A stretch of 64,000 bases of DNA from positions 29,576,001-29,640,000 of the forward strand of contig NC_086108.1 in the NCBI RefSeq assembly GCF_963921235.1, written 5' to 3'. This document shows, in pieces, positions 22,801 through 34,800 of this stretch (position 1 is the stretch's first letter; each line of letters begins with the position of its first letter). The notes beneath the pieces were generated by a model that saw only the letters and a list, made by a program, of their open reading frames with translations, was not told the origin of the DNA and did not search any database. The DNA is from Mobula hypostoma. Taxonomy: Eukaryota. Made by a program: the position numbers and the translations under genes.

Positions 22801-25800
22801 CAATGAGAACTGTTGCAGAATTTAAAGGAAACAAAAAAACAATAAATGCCTGGCCAACAGGGCTGTTAACTAAAGCTCCCAAACTAAAAGTTACTGCCAA
22901 CACTGCGGGCAGAAACAATAACTAATATTAAATAAATATTGTTCCTTGACAGCATCAGTTGAAATGGTAGTCTTCTTTCCTAATCAAGGATAGGGGCATG
23001 CAGGGAACATAAACATTGCTGTGTTTCTGGTCAAGTCTCAACAAGACTAGAACGAAAAGAGGGGAATTAAACACCATCATAATGGAACACTAATTAGCTG
23101 CAACGAGCGCGATTGCCGAACTTGTTGTGCAGTTCACCTGCGCAGGTGCATAGATCCGGCAACAGGGTCCATGGTTGTGACACAGTCTATTTTCCTGCCC
23201 TAAATCCTTAGCCCTTGATTCACCTAACTTGCAAATATTTATCAATCTCTCTAATATACTGTAACTGGGCCTCCTCCGCCTTTTTGGGTAATTAATTCTG
23301 AAGTTTAACTTCTTTTCATCTCTGTCCTGAGTAGTAACCCTTTATTTTGAGATTGTCCTCCCTCATTTTGCAAACCCCAGTCCTTGGAAACATCATCCCT
23401 GCACCCATTGCTAGGTTTCCAGACCACAGCGGACTCTGTCTGATGAAGGTCTTTAACGTTGCTGATCCAGCCCTCCAGTTCCTTCTAATTTCATCATCTC
23501 TTCCTCATCTTAAGTACCCACTTATAATCCTTTAATTTCTTCCACCAGCCACCCTTATTCCCTTTCAAATCCATTTTTCATTGTAGTCACTATAGATCAA
23601 TTTCACTCGTTCACCGTGCAAGCTCATTTCATCTAAAACAATACGCACAGTAACCCATTCCTTCTTTGAGTCTGCGCTAGATGGGAGTTGAGGTGCTTGA
23701 AAAGTGTAAAGATAAAGTTAACTCTGTGCTGTGAAAGGCATTTCTCCACTGTTAGTAAAGTGAGCAAGTTAGTCGTTCCACAGAGGGCTCAGACCCATCC
23801 ACTATTTCATAACCTTTGATTATTTTAAACTGCAGAGAATCAAGAACAGTTGATGCATTATAAAAAATGTAGGTACTTTTTAATCACAACAGCCCAGCCA
23901 TCCTTGCTGTTAGTGGTTAGACGTGAACAAAACGCGAGTTTTATTATTACTATGTGCCTGGTAAACATTATGTTCTATCAGGCAGCTTTTCAGAGAGTTT
24001 CCAGGGGTCAACCATGGCACTTCCACTCTTCAGTGCTTCCTCAGCACTGGCACTAATTTCCCTTAGAAGATGTCCTCAGTGCCGTTCCTGGTTAATATCT
24101 GTTCTTACTGCCCCAAGGGAAGCTGCTGCCTGCAGTAGTAGGTTTCATTGCAGAGCTCTTTACTACACAGAAGGCAAAATGTACAAGCAGATTAATGCAC
24201 CACTAACTTGTGACTCTACCCTTTCTTCAAAGTTCAAAATTCAAAGTAAATTTATTACTGAAGTACATTATATCATCATATACAACGCAGAGATAATTTT
24301 CTTGCAGGCATTCACGGTAAATACAAGAAACACACTGGAATCATTGAAAAACCATACCAAACAGGATGGACAAATGATCAATGTATAAAAGAAAAGCAAC
24401 AAACTGTGAAATACAAAAGTAAGAGAACAAAAGAAATAATAATAATAACAAATAAGCAATAAACATTGAGAACATGAGATGAAGAGTCCTCGAAAGTGAG
24501 TTCTTTGGTTGTGGGAAGTGTTCAGTGATGGGGCAATTGAAGTTGAGTGAAGTTACCCCCTTTGGTTCAAGAGTCTGATGGTTGAGGGGTAATAACTGTT
24601 TCTGAACCTGCTGGTGTGAGTCCTGAGGTTCCTGTACCTTCTTTCTGATCGTAACAGCAATAAGAAAGCATGGTCTGGGTGGTGGGGGTCCTTTCCTGCC
24701 ACAGCGCTCCAGGTAGATGTTCTCTATGTTGGGTAGGACTGGGCCATATCCAGTACTTTTTGTAGGCTTTTCCACATTGGTATGTACAGCATTGGTGTTT
24801 CCATACCAGACCGTGTTGCAACCATTCAGTATACTGTCCTACCATCGAGAGAAGTTTGTCAAAGTTTTAGATGACACGCTGAATCTTGGCAAACTTCTAG
24901 GAAAGTGGAGGTGCTGCTGTTGTTCTTTCATAATGGCACTTTTGTCCAGGGCCCAGGACAGTTCCCTTGACAACACCGAGGAATTGAAGGTTGCTGACCC
25001 TCTCCCCCTCTGATCCCCCGATGAGGACTGGCTCATGGACCTCTAGTTTCCTCTTCCTGAAGTCAATAATCAGCTCCTTGGTCTTGCTGACATTGAGTAA
25101 GAGGTTGTTGTGTCACCACTCAGCCAGAAATTCAGTCTTCCTTCTAGATGTTGGTTCTTCACCACATTTAATTTGGCCAATGACAGTAGTGTCATCAGCA
25201 AACTGAAATAAGGAATTGGAGGCGTGCTTAACCTCACAGTCAAAAGAATAAAGCGAGTAGAGCAGGAGTCTAATACACAACCTGTGGTGCATCTGTGTTG
25301 ATGGAGATTGTGGAGGAGATGTTGCCAATCCGAAATGACTTGGGTCTGCAAGTGAGGAAATTGAGGATCCAGTTCCACAAGGAGGTATTGAGGCCAAGGC
25401 CTTGAAACTTATTGATTATTTTTGAGGGGATGATGGTGTTGAATGCTGGACTGTAGTCAATGAAGACCATCCTGATAAATTTATCTTCACTGTTCAGATA
25501 AACAGCCAATGAAGTGGCATCTGCTGTAAATCTGTTGTGCTGATAGGCAAATCAGAGTGGATTAGTTTCTCAGGCACGTGTTGGTATGTTTCATCACCAG
25601 CCTCTCAAAGCACGACGGCACGGTGGATGTAAGTGCTACTGGATGATTGTCATTGTGGCAGGTTACCATGTTCTTCTGAGGCACCAGTAAAACTGAAGCC
25701 TGCTTGAAGCAGATGGGTGCCTCAGACTACTGAGGCGAGAGTTTAAAGATATTGACGAACACTCCAGCCAGTTGATCAGCACAGGTCTTTAGTACTCGGC

Positions 25801-28800
25801 CAGGTACACCTTCTGGGCTTGGAGCTTTCCTTTGGTTCACCCTCCTGAAAGATGCTCTCATGTCAGCGTCAGAGACTGAAATCACAGGGTCACTGGCAGC
25901 TGTGGGAATTTGTGAAAGTGCCTCCATGTTTTGATGGTCAAAGTGAGCATTGAGCTCATCTGGGAGTGAACCCTTGTTGCCACCCGTGTTACTTGGTTTC
26001 ACTTTGTAGGAGGTGATAACATTTAAGCCCTGGCACAGCTGTTGAGCATCCTTCAGTGATCAGATTTTGTCTGGAATTGCCACTTCGCATGTGAGATGGT
26101 TTTCCAGAGGTCGTACCTGGACCTCTTGTATTTAACTTGGTTGCCAGACCTGAATGGTACTGATCTGGCCCTCAGCAGATTGTGGATCTCATGGTTCATC
26201 CAGGGCTTCTGCAGAGGGAAGACTGAATGATGTTTATTTATTGAGATGTAGTGCAGAATGGACCCTTGCAGCCCAGCAACTCTCAATTTAATCCTAGCCT
26301 AATTGTGGGATAATTTACAATGACCAATTAACCTGGTACATCTTTGGACTGTAGTGGGAAACTGGTGGAAACCCATGCAGTCACAGGGAGAATGTACAAA
26401 CTCCTTACAGACAGCAGCGGGTATTGAACTGGGTTGATTGCAGCATCTCCAGTTTGCTGATCACGGCACTCAATAGCTTGAGTGCTTGCTTAACTTTGGC
26501 CTTTGGTGGTATGTAGACTGTGGTCAAGATCATGGAGGAGAACTCTCTTGGTAAGCAGAATGGTCACCACTTAATTGTGACGAAACCGCTACATCTAAGC
26601 ACCACAAAGAGTTTATCATGAAACACAGACCCTTGCCCTCTTTTTGCCTTCTCAAATCAGCAGTCTGGTCCATCTGGTACATTGGGAAGCCCTTGGGTCT
26701 TACCAACATATGTGGCATGTCTGGAGTAAGCCATATTTCCATGAAACACAAAACACAGTAATTCCTCATTTCCCTCCAAAACAGTAATCTTGGCCTGAGG
26801 TCCTCAACCCTGTCTCCAGCGACTGTACGTTTGTTAACAAGATGATGGGTAGAGGAAGCTTCATTCCCTAGCATTTCACTCTGCAGCTTTGCAACTTTGG
26901 GCTAGGAATCAGGACTGCTTTTAAGATGTCAGATTATGCCTGGCTTCCAGGCAACAGTAATGTTTCTAAATTTCATGTGCATGTATGCACTGACACATTT
27001 TTGTTGTCACTTTTACAGTACAGTAAATTTGGTGTTAAAGCTTCAGACAAGCATAAGAAATGGAGTTAACTGCAAAGACAGAACTATACCCAGCTCTGTA
27101 TTGGTCAGACCCTTTCCTTAGTCCAGTGTGAACTTGCACAGAGAACACACTTGTAAGCCACCCATGTACACTTCATTATTTTGCACTCACTTCATTGTTC
27201 TTTTCTGTCTGTCTAGGGTTACTACAAGCGGACTCCTGATTACGTTCCAATCCGCGAGTGGAAGCGTTTGGGTTGTTATCCCGTCCCCATGGTGCATTCC
27301 ACGTTCCTCATTGATCTCCGCAGGGAAGCGACAAAAAACCTGGCGTTCTTTCCTCCTCATCCAGACTACACTTGGGCATTTGATGACATCATTGTTTTCT
27401 CATTTTCCTGCAAAATGTCTGGTAATTGTTTCCACCTTGTACAGATCAGTCAGATAGCAGCTAAGAGTATAGGACTACTTGATACTGGTTAGTTGTGGTT
27501 GTTGATTAACCATTATTGGATGTATATGATAATTGCTAAATTGGTTATTGTCCCACATACTGAGGTTTTCATGTGATCTATACAGATAATTCGATTACAA
27601 CTTTGCAGTGAGATAGTACAACGCAAATAATAACACAATGCAGATTAAAGTGTTACAGTTGCAGAGAAAATGCAGTGCTGGCAAATATTAAGGTGCAAGG
27701 CCATAATAAGGCAGATTGGGAGGTCTTATTGTACTAGGGGATGGTTCAATAATCTAATAACAATGGGATAGCTGTTTTCCTAGAGCCTAGTGGTCCCTGC
27801 TTTCAGGCTTTTGTATCTTCTGTCTGATGGGAGAGGGGTGAAGAAAGAATGTCCAGTGAGTGGCCTAAATCTGCTCCTATACACATGGTCTTATGGATGG
27901 AGTCTTTGATTATGTTGCCAATCCTGAGAATTAAGTAAAAGGTCCTTTTCGATGCTAAATCTCATGAATGTGGGAATGTTGGATGATCAGCCATGATCAT
28001 AATAAATGGCGGTGCAGGCTCGAAGGGCCGAATGGCCTACTCCTGCACCTATTTTCTATGTTTCTATGTTTCTATATACAGTATATACTTAGAAATTCTT
28101 TAACTGGAATTTGTATCCCGATACAGTTATCTTCTTCTTGGGTAATTTCCATTATTCGTGCTAAATAAACATGAAGAAATCCTTCAGCTACCAATTTATT
28201 TTCTCAGATAATCAACAAAATATACTTATCTTACCTCAGGCTTTTTTTTTTTTGGCACGTTTGACTTAAGTATTTGCTGTGCCCTGACTAAATAATTGTC
28301 TCACATGTAAGCTTTGTGGCAGAGAGCTTACATTTTTAATTCATTAGCAATGATTATGGTAAATTATTTCAAGGAGAAAATGTTTAAACTGAGGAAATCT
28401 GCCAAGTTAAATTTCTATTTAGAACAGTTTGTTTCTTTTCACCTTCCATGACATTGCGCAACTTTTATGAGGCAAAATTTCATTAGAACTAGCAAGCAAG
28501 TGTCCAATCTTTATATGTGAACTTCCCTAGTGAGTAAGCACTCTGTAAGCTTATGGCTGAGATGCTATTATCATGAGCAGTTGCTCAAATGTTTACTTTC
28601 CAGGCAAAAGCAGTGAATGTTTTTAAGAATCTCAAAGATTCAATATACTTTTATTATCAAAGGTTGTATGCAGTAAACACTCCAGAGTTTCCTATAGGCA
28701 GCTATGAAACAAAGACACAACATGGAACCTGTTCAAAGAAAACATCAAACACCCAAAGCACAAAAATAAAATCGTGCAAAAGACAGAAAGATGAGTGAAA

Positions 28801-31800
28801 AACACACAATATTAAACATCAAACCACAAAGTCCTTGAAAAACAGTCTAGAAATGTTCAGTGTAGTTCAGTTCTGTTCAAGTTAGCATCGTGTTGTTCAT
28901 TAACTTCAGGCCATAGAGCCAATCTGTGTCAACGTGCCCTGATCAAAATTGTGCTAAATAGCAATTAAAAAAGGCATCACCCAAAATGACAAAAAATTTA
29001 ACATGAACTGCGGAGATCTCTAAAAATGAATCCAATCCACAAATCGTGCTGATCAAACCTTGCTGAAGACCGAAGACACTTCCACTTCCCTCTGTTAGCA
29101 GCGGGTGAGAGTGGGGGAGAGAGGAAGAGAGGGAGACAGCAGATATACCTGCTTAAGAAGGCGTAACTCTTATTCAGTTATGTCTAGAGATCCTCTGGAA
29201 CTAGAGACTTTTCTCTCGGACACTGCTGTGAGTAACCCAAGAGGTGGAAGTAGGCTCTTTTACTTATTTCCTTTGAAAACCCTGCTATAAAATAATTTAA
29301 TGATGGGGAAGGAAATGCAGGAGGTATGATGTCTTGTGATAAACCTTCCTAGAAATAGCTAAATTAGACTTTACAACCTGGTTTAAAAAATTAGTATTAG
29401 AAGTACTTTTTGGATGCAGGAAAAATAATGAAATAGTTCTGCACATTGGCTGAACTTTTTGGCTCCATCCTAACCAGCAGTGACTGAATCAATGCATAAA
29501 TTCCAGAATCCCTGCCTCCATACTCTCCCCTTAAGCCTTGCCTGAGTTCATGGTGTACTGAGTCTTGATATGCTTTATCCACAGTATGCTTAGACTGTGA
29601 ATGTTACAATACAGGAAGGCACGTAGTCTGTAACAACATTACTCGCAGCTTTCCAATATCTGTTCTTAGCCCATTACAGAATCACTTAAAGTCATCAACC
29701 AGATACTTCCTGAACATTGCTGTTAAATCTGTTTCCCGTATCCTTTAGGCAGTGCATTGCCACTGCTCATCACGTCAGCCCCACTTTGTTCACCATTCAC
29801 CTCTCATTTCTACCATCTAGGTACTGTGGACATTTTAATTTCATTTATTTGCTGAAAACAACAATTTGTCAAATTCTCTCAAATCTGCTTTTGGACCTTT
29901 AAAAGGAGAACAGCCCCAGCTTCTCCATCTTATAGAACTTTCTAGTAAAGCTCTATTGCACTTTCACCCAGATGTGATGGCCTTCCCAATGAACAGTGCT
30001 GAGCAATGATCACAATGCTCACTTTTGACCACATCAGTTATTTCCAGAGGGTGTAGATCAGCTTTCTTTTATGTGCCATGCTCTTATTGATGGAGCCAAA
30101 GATCCTTTTTCTAGAGTACATTCTAGCGTGTTTGTAGATGTGTAAGGATAATAAGTAAACTGTATGAATAGTTGAAGTTCAGGATGTTTTATTAGAGGTG
30201 AACTTTGTGAGTAAACATCTCTCCTATCTTGACCAAGAACAACGATGTTCAAAGGTTTAGATTTTGAGTGAATTTTGTGATTATTTTATGAAAATTGTTG
30301 GAACATAAGACCATATGTTCAAAGTTCAAAGTATAATTATTTATCGGAGTACATATATGTCACCAATACAACCCTGAGATTCTTTTTCTGCGTGCATACT
30401 TAGTAAATCTATAGAACAGTAACTGTGGTCAAGTACCCCGTGATGGGAATAAAGAAGCAGCAGAAATAGAAAACACTTTGGAGTCCAGTATTGCTATTAA
30501 CTAGTAATAGTTATTAGTAACTATGCAACACAGTAATATAAATGTAGATAAATCAAACAGGTTAGCAATGATTATATATATAAGTAAGTATATCAGTAAG
30601 TGTGTAAATATATGTGAAAATCAAGCTTCTTCAAGTCTAGGAGTAAAAAGATACAGTCTTACGATGATGAGTAAAGTTCAGTTCAATTCAGTTCGTGGTA
30701 TTGAGTTGAGTAGTGATGGAGAGAGAGAGAGAGAGTGAGAGATTTGAGTCTTCAGGTGAGCTGACGCCATCGATCTTCTCGTTGTCCTCCGAAATCTTTT
30801 AAAAGTCACCGACTGTGACCACAACTAAGGGGATTGGTTTTCTTTGGTGGAGCTATCACCCAGGCGAGGGTGGACACATGAACAACTTCCCACCAGTCAA
30901 CCCCTTTCCTTTTCACTGCAAGAGCGACTGATCAATCCTCCAAAACCCACTTTTTCTGCGGGCACAACAAAGCTCATTCAGTGTCCAAAACATGTGTCTG
31001 AGGTCTATCATCTGACCTCCTATTTTATCTTCCCATGCTGAGCACCAACTGACGCTCAAATAACTCCTCCTTCCTTTGTCTGTGTAAGAAATGTACAAGC
31101 ATGCCATGTCCTTGGGAAGTATCAACACGCTGCCGAAAATCAAAACATCGAGTGTCCATCAAATAACACCGCCTTCGGTCATCATAGCTGCTTGGTGCCA
31201 TCTCTCTCTCCAACTCAGCAGAAATCCAAAAGTTAGCCAGTTCTTCCTTGTGCCTTAAAGTGACAGTCCAACAGTTTGTCATGGTCCGGATCGGGGTCCC
31301 TTTAAATTTAGCTTGTTTATGTTACGATCCGGACCCGCTGATTCCCTATTTTCCTGTGTCCCTCGACTTTGGTGATTAGAGGCAATTAACACTCGGCTGA
31401 ACTGGTAGTTTATAGTCTCCGGCTTTCATCCGTTCGGGGCGGGAGCATCTGCAAAGTCTGCAAAGTCACGGCGTGCCAATGTCATCTGGCCGGAGCAAGC
31501 CTTGACTCCGCTCGAAGCAAGTGCTGGTAATTCGCCTTTCCTCACCGGAGCAACCCTGTCCAGTTACCTCACCGAAGCGAGCCTGCAAAGTTTCCTCATC
31601 AAGGTGGGTCCGTCAGTTAACCCGCCAGAGAGAATCAAGAGCCGCTGTCTACTGTTCCCGGGCCGAGTCGAGAGCTCACCACTACCCGGAGGTTCCAAGC
31701 ACCACGTCCTGGCTCTGGCGGCATCCAAGTACCACGTCCACGTCCTGGCCCTGGCGGCGTTCAAGTACCACGTCCAAGTCCTGGCCCTGGTGGCGTTCAA

Positions 31801-34800
31801 GTACGACATCAAGTCATGGTCCTCGTGGCGTTCAAGTATCACGTCAAGTTACGGCCCTGGCAGCGTTCAAGTACCGTGTCAAGTTCCGGCCCTGGCGGCA
31901 TTCAAGTACCATGTCAAGTCCTGTCCCTGGCGGTCTGTGATTCCTGTCCTACCCCCTTGTCTGAATCCCTTCTCTGCCCCTCTCGCCTCTAACCCTCGTC
32001 TGCAGCCCTCACCTGCACTTCAGTCTAGTTCCATCACCGGAGCTAGATAGGTACTGTCTGGTGTTCATTCGTATTTGTCTTGTCTTGTCTTGTCTTGTCC
32101 TCGCCTCCGTGGGGTAAGTCAGGCTGTCTTGCTGTTACCCCGTGGGGGGTCACGTCTTGTCATGTCTTGTCCTCGCCTCTGTGAGGTAAATCAGGCCGTC
32201 TTGCTGTTGCCTCGCGGAGGGTCATGAGTCCCGGCCCTATGTCCTGTACCCAAGGAGGGGTCCTGGCTCTCTGTTCTGTGTGTGAGTGCCGGCCCTATGT
32301 CCTGTACCCAAGGAGGGGTCCCGACTCTGTGTTCTGTGTATGTGTCTATGGTTCCATGTACCTGCTCTCCCGAGACCGAGGCTCTGTGTTCCCATGTTCC
32401 TCCTCTCCCTAGCCCATGTCATGTCCTTGTCTGGTTCTGGGGTCTGAACCCGAGGCAAGACCCGGGTACTGGGTCCTTGCCCAGTCTCGGGCTCGGAGTC
32501 CATACCCTAGCCTCTTCATGTCTCCTCTAGTTCTGGGAGCCGATTCCGAGTCCAAGCTCAACCCTTGTCCCAGCCTAGTCGTAGTCCTGAGTCCTTGTTC
32601 AGTCGCTATTCCTGCTCCTGCCTTGCTCTCCTGGTATCGAACAATAAACTAAATCTAAGTAACCTCACAAGATGTGTCTTGCATTTGGGTCCACCCCACG
32701 CCCCCGCCATCGTGACACAGTTAGTCTTTGTCTCTCTCTCTCTTCAAAACAACATGTCTGTTGTAATATGAGCATAATTAAAAGTAAGTTAATACTAATT
32801 AGGATATCATGGGGGGGGGGGGTCTAGTTCCGTTTGTTCTCCCGGTGGCCCTCGTGTACATAGTGTTCCCGCCGTGCCGTACGGGTTGTGAAACTCTCTG
32901 TATAAATTCAGGACCCCCGTCACACTTTAAACAGGATCAATAGACAGCAAACTGTGCAAATGCGATTATAAATAAATAGCAATAAATAATGACCATGAAG
33001 TAACAAGATAAAGCGTCCTTAAAGTGAGACCATTGGTTGTGGGAACACCAAAAGTAGAATGAGTGTAGTTACCCTTTTTGTTCAAGGTCATGGTGGTTGA
33101 GGGATAGTAACTGTTCTTGAACCAGGTAGTGTGAGACCTGTACCTTCTACCTGATAGCAGCAGTGAGAAAAGAGCATGGCCTGGTTGGTGAAGGTCTTTG
33201 ATGATGGATGCGCTCAGTGGTTGGGAGGGTTTTACCCATGATGTACTGAGCCAAATCCACTACCTTTTGTATGTGGTGTAAAGTGGGGTGGGGGGCAGGT
33301 AAGTACACATCCCTGTGGTGTAGAGCGAGTGGGGGGGAGGGGAAGGTAACTACACATCCCTGTGGTGTAGAGCGAGTAGAGCAGGGGTAATTACACATCC
33401 CTGTGGTGTAAAGTGAGGGGGGGGGGTAAGTACACATCCCTGTGGTGTAAAGTGAGGGGGGGAAGGTAACTACACATCCCTGTGGTGTAGAGCGAGTAGA
33501 GCAGGGGTAATTACACATCCCTGTGGTGTAAAGTGAGGGGGGGGGGTAAGTACACATCCCTGTGGTGTAAAGTGAGGGGGGGGGGGTAAGTACACATCCC
33601 TGTGGTGTAAAGCGAGAGGCAGGGGGTAAGTACACATCCCTGTGGTGTAGAGTGAGTAGAGCAGGGGTAATTACACATCCCTGTGGTGTAAAGTGAGGGG
33701 GGGGGTAAGTACACATCCCTGTGGTGTAAAGCGAGAGGCAGAGGGTAAGTACACATCCCTGTGGTGTAAAGTGAGGGGGGGGGTAAGTACACATCCCTGT
33801 GGTGTAAAGTGAGGGGGGGGGTAAGTACACATCCCTGTGGTGTAAAGCGAGAGGCAGAGGGTAAGTACACATCCCTGTGGTGTAGAGTGAGTAGAGCAGG
33901 GGGTAAGTACACATCCCTGTGGTGTAGAGCGAGTGGGGGGGGGTAAGTACACATCCCTGTGGTGTAGAGCGAGTGGGGGGGGGTAAGTACACATCCCTGT
34001 GGTGTAGAGCGAGTGGGGGGGGGAGGTAACTACACATCCCTGTGGTGTAGAGCGACTAGAGCAGGGGTAAGTACACATCCCTGTGGTGTAAAGTGAGGGG
34101 GGGGGTAAGTACACATCCCTGTGGTGTAGAGCGAGTGGGGGGGGGAGGTAACTACACATCCCTGTGGTGTAGAGCGACTAGAGCAGGGGTAAGTACACAT
34201 CCCTGTGGTGTAAAGTGAGGGGGGGGGTAAGTACACATCCCTGTGGTGTAAAGTGAGGGGGGGGGGTAAGTACACATCCCTGTGGTGTAAAGCGAGAGGC
34301 AGAGGGTAAGTACACATCCCTGTGGTGTAGAGCGAGTAGAGCAGGGGGTAAGTACACATCCCTGTGGTGTAAAGTGAGGGGGGGGGTAAGTACACATCCC
34401 TGTGGTGTAAAGTGAGGGGGGGGGTAAGTACACATCCCTGTGGTGTAGAGCGAGTAGAGCAGGGGGTAAGTACACATCCCTGTGGTGTAGAGCGACTAGA
34501 GCAGGGGTAAGTACACATCCCTGTGGTGTAGAGCGAGTGGGGGGGGGAGGTAACTACACATCCCTGTGGTGTAGAGCGACTAGAGCAGGGGTAAGTACAC
34601 ATCCCTGTGGTGTAAAGTGAGGGGGGGGGTAAGTACACATCCCTGTGGTGTAAAGTGAGGGGGGGGGTAAGTACACATCCCTGTGGTGTAAAGCGAGAGG
34701 CAGAGGGTAAGTACACATCCCTGTGGTGTAGAGTGAGTAGAGCAGGGGGTAAGTACACATCCCTGTGGTGTAGAGCGACTAGAGCAGGGGTAAGTACACA

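Noticed and set aside
31502..32050. 182-aa ORF with repeated [10 protein letters not shown]
   Set aside because: It is a translation of the LTR-internal tandem repeat, open in several frames and without an ATG start.
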